From Eledone cirrhosa (lineage: Eukaryota), in NCBI GenBank assembly GCA_964016885.1, contig OZ024754.1, positions 7,936,001-8,000,000 of the forward strand: DNA of 64,000 nt, in the 5' to 3' direction. The translations under genes and the position numbers were made by a program. A model generated the notes under the pieces. The model did no database searches. It saw only the letters and a program-made list of their open reading frames with translations, and was not told the DNA's origin. Positions 57,813 to 64,000 of this stretch are shown here, in pieces (the first letter of the stretch is position 1; every line of letters begins with the position of its first letter).

Positions 57813-58646
57813 ATAGAGATATATTATATATTTTAATGTCTGTCTGTATTTATCCTTGACATTTCCTTTAGTGTAGAGATATATTATATATTTTAATGTC
57901 TGTCTTTATTTATCTTTGTCATTTACTTTAGTGTAGAGATATATTATATATTTTAATGTCTCTTTATTTATCTTTGTCCTTTACTTTAGTGTAGAGATAT
58001 ATTATATATTTTAATGTCTGTCTGTATTTATCCTTGACATTTCCTTTAGTGTAGAGATATATTATATATTTTAATGTATGTCTTTATTTATCTTTGTCCT
58101 TTACTTTAGTGTAGAGATATATTATATATTTTAATGTCTGTCTGTATTTATCCTTGACATTTACTTTAGTGTAGAGATATATTATATATTTTAATGTCTG
58201 TCTTTATTTATCTTTGTCATTTACTTTAGTGTAGAGATATATTATATATTTTAATGTCTCTTTATTTATCTTTGTCCTTTACTTTAGTGTAGAGATATAT
58301 TATATATTTTAATGTCTGTCTGTATTTATCCTTGACATTTCCTTTAGTGTAGAGATATATTATATATTTTAATGTCTGTCTTTATTTATCTTTGTCCTTT
58401 ACTTTAGTGTAGAGATATATTATATATTTTAATGTCTGTCTGTATTTATCCTTGACATTTCCTTTAGTGTAGAGATATATTATATATTTTAATGTCTGTC
58501 TTTATTTATCCTTGACATTTACTTTAGTGTAGAGATATATTATATATTTTAATGTGTCTTTATTTATCCTTGTCATTTCCTTTAGTGTAGAGATATATTA
58601 TATATTTTAATGTGTCTTTATTTATCTTTGTCATTTCCTTTAGTGT
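57813..58646. repeat. 60/58-bp minisatellite, ~14 copies
   Basis: unit TAGAGATATATTATATATTTTAATGTCTGTCT(G/T)TATTTATC(C/T)TTG(A/T)CATTT(C/A)CTTTAGTG. Confidence 0.95.
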
Positions 58647-59144
58647 CATAACATCTTAATATACATACACACTCAGGAACACAACAGAAACGTCTTTGAT
58701 ATTTAAATTTAATTTGACTTTAAAGCAGAACACATAACTAGACACAAGTCTCTTTCATCCAGTTAATAATTGAACTAATTTCTCATTGCTGATATGTTCC
58801 TTAAAAATATAAGAAACATTTCTTTCAAAGTTTGTAATGAAGCATCGGAAAGAAAGATGAGAAAATATTTTTAGCTCTGACGTGTGGGTTTACAGTTTTC
58901 TCAGAATTTATGTGGGTTGTGTTATAAGATGTCGGATGAAGATGAAATCTGTTAGATTATTGTTGGTACTACGACATCCAATTAAACTTGATCATTAGTA
59001 CCGACCAACACTTTGATTTTCAACTACACTGGGGAGAGAATGTGATTAGTAACTTAAAGATATTTCAGTGTCCGCACGTATTTTCTCCTCCCATCTTGTA
59101 CTAAATATAACTTTTGGTTTTCCCGCTAGACATTCAATCGATAT

Positions 59145-60373
59145 GATATTATATATATATATATATAATATATATGTGTGTATATGTGTATATATGTGTG
59201 TGTGTGCACATATTTATACATATTCATATACACACACACACACACATTAATACATATATAGTATATATATAGTATATATATATATATATAATATATATAA
59301 ATATATAATATATATGTGTGTATGTGTGTGTACATATGTATGTATATGTATGTATATATATACTATATATATATGTATATATATACATATACATACATAC
59401 ATATACATACATACATATACATACATACATATATATACATACATACATACAGTATATATATACATACATATATACATATATATATGTATATATATATACA
59501 TATATATAGTATATACATATATAGTATATATATATATACATATATATAGTATATATATATATACATATATATAGTATATATATATATACATATATATAGT
59601 ATATATATATATACATATATATAGTATATATATATATACATATATACATATATATACATATATATATATACATATATATATATACATATATACATATATA
59701 TACATATATATATATACATATATACATATATATACATATATATAGTATATATATATACATATATACATATATATAGTATATATATATATACATATATACA
59801 TATATATAGTATATATAGTATATATATATATACATATATACATATATATAGTATATATATATACATATATATAGTATATATATATATACATATATACATA
59901 TATATAGTATATATATATACATATATATAGTATATATATATATACATATATACATATATACATATAGTATATATATATACATATATATAGTATATATATA
60001 TATACATATATACATATATACATATAGTATATATATATACATATATATAGTATATATATATATACATATATACATATATACATATAGTATATATATATAC
60101 ATATATATAGTATATATATATATACATATATACATATATACATATAGTATATATATATACATATATATAGTATATATATATATACATATATACATATATA
60201 CATATAGTATATATATATATACATATATACATATATATATAGTATATATATATACATATATATAGTATATATATACATATATACATATGTATAGTATATA
60301 TATACATATATACATATATATAGTATATATATACATATATACATATATATAGTATATATATACATATATATAG

Positions 60374-60404
<31 letters not shown>

Positions 60405-61110
60405 TATATATATATATATATATACATATATATAGTATATATATATATACATATATATAGTATATATATATATACATATATATAGTATATATATATATAC
60501 ATATATATAGTATACATATATATACATATATATAGTATACATATATATATACAGTATACATATATATATACATATATATAGTATACATATATATATACAG
60601 TATACATATATATATACATATATATAGTATACATATATATATACATATATAGTATACATATATATATACATATATATATACATATATATATACATATATA
60701 TAGTATACATATATATATACATATATATAGTATACATATATATATACATATATATAGTATACATATATATATACATATATATAGTATACATATATATATA
60801 TACATATATATAGTATACATATATATATACATATATATAGTATACATATATATATACATATATATAGTATACATATATATATACATATATATAGTATACA
60901 TATATATATACATATATATAGTATACATATATATATACATATATATATACATATATATATACATATATATAGTATACATATATATACATATATATAGTAT
61001 ATATATATATACATATATATAGTATATATATATATATATACATATACATAGTATATATATAGTATATATATATTTATACATATACATACATATAGTATAT
61101 ATATATATAG

Positions 61111-61141
<31 letters not shown>

Positions 61142-61225
61142 ATATATATATACATACATATATATACAAAAACACGTGTGTGTGTGTGTGCGCGTATGTG
61201 TGTGTGCGCGGGCATGCGTGCGTGT
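59145..61225. repeat. ~2-kb compound TA-based microsatellite (CATATATATAGTA units)
   Basis: directly visible; source of the spurious 598-684 aa ORFs. Confidence 0.97.
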
Positions 61226-62244
61226 TTTGTGAAGACATTGTATGCGCTGCTAAGAAGTTTCCTCTTCATCTGTCGCAATGATAGCAGCTGTCTTTGCCAT
61301 CCCTAATGTGTAATATTCATCTAATTACATGTCAACAATTTTATGTCAACCATAAATAGAAAGTAACGGGTATGTCCTACGTAAATGTAATTTTTCTGGA
61401 ATAAATTGACTTACACAAATGTATTTCATGAATGATAAAATTTTGTGAATTTAGTATCAAAACTTACAGCTAATGGATATGTAATGGAATTCTATATGTT
61501 GAGGTTCGTTGGGTATTTTCACAATAAGCATGTTATTTAGACCTGCAGAAATATCGTAAGAGCTTTCATTAACAGTTGAATGTTATGTTTACATTTGTAA
61601 TACGATTATTTCTGCTAAAAGCAAGACCGGGTGGTCCCACTGCGTTTCTCCCTCTTGCTTTACTTTTATATACTTCCCCCAATGTCTTGTTTCGTGATAT
61701 TCTTAAAATTACTGTATATTTGTGTATAGAACACTTAAGATTGAATTCTTTCATTTGATCCTTTCACCCAATTATTGTTTACCTGTGAATGTCTTACACC
61801 CGACTGACAACATTAAATATACATACATCCTTTAAAACTTCCATGTTTCCCCGAAATTCGCCAACACTACACCTGATATTCTTCCTCCATACACGCGCAC
61901 GCGTGTGGTGCGTGGTGTGTGCGGATATGTGGTGTGTGGGTGTGTATGTATGTGTGGTGTGTGGGTATGTATGTGTGTGTGTGTCAGTATGTATATCATG
62001 ACTCATACACTGTTCACTTTCCTGACATTTGTACATTATTCTATGTACTATACATGCACCTTTGATGCGTTATAGTGCACCTGAGCTCTATAATAATATT
62101 TCTAGATGTCTGTAGTCATAGTGACTTGGGCATCAGTAAATACAGACCCAGTAAACGTGAACACCATCGCAGGACAGCTGCGTCATTTAAACAAGTTTTC
62201 AATGTGGACATTTAATTTGACCAATGAGATGTTGCTACATACAT

Positions 62245-62428
62245 GTCAACCTCTAAAAACGCAAACGGAGTACCATGAAAAAAAGTGTCCCAAAATAGAG
62301 AGAAATGAGGCAAAATGGAGAGATTTTACATAATTAAAGCTATACTCATTTTCACAAGAGAAGACATCTCTCACCCACACTAAAGTGGGTGGGAGATCTC
62401 GCCGTCCATTGAGGAGAGTTGACAGGTC
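62245..62428 (-). mobile_element. second copy of the unclassified repeat at 25695-25990
   Basis: reverse complement matches ..CTCCCACCCAC..GTGGGTGAGAGATG..ATTATGTAAAAT..TTTGCCTCATTTCTC..CATGGTACTCC. Confidence 0.75.
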
Positions 62429-62802
62429 TTCCCCTATTCATTAACGCGATACAGTCTCTAAACCTTGACTGATAGCAAACGTTTTGATGTCAGTTGCCAA
62501 GTAATGATGGCTAACAAGGAATCTCATTCCAGTAATCCAAATACCTCACTGAAGTAAGGAATGTTCAACAGCATCCCTCCGAACTGATACAATTTAAATC
62601 TTAGTTGCTAATTAGATCATTTTTGAAAATAAAATCTGCGTTTCAGCAGCTGCAAACAAAGAAGTACTATATTCAGTACAGTACATCTCGATTTGGTGAA
62701 GTCCGCATAACAAGATGTTATTCTTTAAAACATATATAAAATATTCTCAATGAATTCCGGTAAATCTTAGTTAATTATATAACATATTTCCATACATATA
62801 TA

Positions 62803-63095
62803 GGCGGCATTCTGTCAGTTACTAAGACGAGTGTTCCAGTTGATGTGATCAACGTAATAACCTGCTCCTAAAATTAATATGCAAGTGGATGAGCATTCCA
62901 CAGACACACATACACTTAACGTAGATCTCAGGGAGATTCAGCGTGACACATAATGTGACATGCCTGGCCATTCGAATTACAGGTACAACTCATTGGTGCC
63001 AGCTGAGTGGACTAGAACAACGCTAAATAAAGTGTCTTGCTCAAAGACACAACGTGCCGCGGAAAATCGAACTCAGCGTATTCGGCTTACAATCT
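62803..63095 (-). mobile_element. SINE family C (CORE-like), near full length
   Basis: minus strand B box GAGTTCGATT, CORE-like GTGTCTTTGAGCAAGACACTTTATTT..CCACTCAGCTGG, tail GTCACGCTGAATCTCCC.. Confidence 0.8.
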
Positions 63096-63124
63096 CACAT
63101 ATATAGGAAAACTTTATAACAATT

Positions 63125-63160
<36 letters not shown>

Positions 63161-63567
63161 CTTAATCATTTCAGACATATTCACACGCAAAACTAACAAT
63201 ATATTGCTCGGAATATTTGGCACAATGCAGAATGGCTAAACGATTTATCACCAGAATATTTCCAATATTTTAAATTAAACAAAATAAATATTAGATATTT
63301 AATTAAATATTAGATATTATTAACTATTAAGTATTAAGTATTTTAATTAATTTAAGTTCCCATGATAATTTGTTATATATTGACTTTGTATATGTCTTCA
63401 AAAAAATAGTACTTTGAGTGTTGTAATGTTTTATTATTAATTATATCTGAGGGACCCCTTGCTGTCATCTTCCCAGTACACTTTAAAAGGAAGTGTTTAT
63501 CACACGTTTCTCATATATATTTCAGTCTTATTTAAACGCTACATATCCAAATATCATTATATATATA

Positions 63568-63615
<48 letters not shown>

Positions 63616-64000
63616 ATAACATGGTATCGTTTAAGGTAATCCAGCTAGAGGCTGGAAGTACTGTGTTGAGGATAAATTTAACGTACGGCGTTGTTTGACT
63701 CAACAAGAAGTTCCCTTAGTCAGGTGGCCAGTTTAAGAGAGTTCCTAGGCAAACATTGTAATTAAGTCGAGTGACGTAATTTCTAACGATCAGCGGCTTT
63801 TAGACTAACCTGATTAATGAAACAACTGTTAATACTGTAAATAAACCCTTTTTGTACAGCCGACCATGTTATTCTTCATTCTTTTACTATATATATATAT
63901 AAGATCAAAAGATGGTTAAAAGAGTTCCATGTATTTTATTATGCGCATTTCAAAAACAAATATCATTATGCAATAATATTTGTGTTTTCATCAGATAAAA

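Noticed and set aside
61625-61690. minus-strand GETQWDHP resembling the end of a WW domain
   Set aside because: lacks the aromatic YY/N core and convincing splice sites; likely chance
62106-62333. 75-aa ORF after TTTCTAG
   Set aside because: 3' part is the reverse strand of the dispersed repeat shared with 25905-25990; no recognisable domain

Overview
This is very AT-rich, repeat-dominated eukaryotic non-coding DNA. The SINE families resemble repeats I recall from octopod cephalopod genomes (recalled, not searched). No intact host protein-coding gene is supportable: almost all listed ORFs are translations of (TA)n/(CA)n/(GA)n microsatellites or of repeats. Contents: about 25 copies of a tRNA-derived SINE (many with clear TSDs, some stacked at one site), several copies of a second CORE-like SINE, five RTE-type LINE fragments, a hAT-like MITE, six minisatellites, huge TA tracts, and a 3-copy ~4 kb tandem duplication (41.5-53.4 kb). 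There is also a candidate CCAAT-box promoter with a first-exon splice donor at ~12.3 kb. The most notable signal is a set of short modules embedded in (TA)n tracts carrying at least six distinct families of minimal type I hammerhead-ribozyme motifs of the Penelope-like/retrozyme type. They have palindromic stem III, covarying stems, variant cores (U3-A8, C4, C6), one poly(A) run starting at the cleavage site, and many fold-back duplications. Each 4-kb repeat unit carries one hammerhead on each strand.
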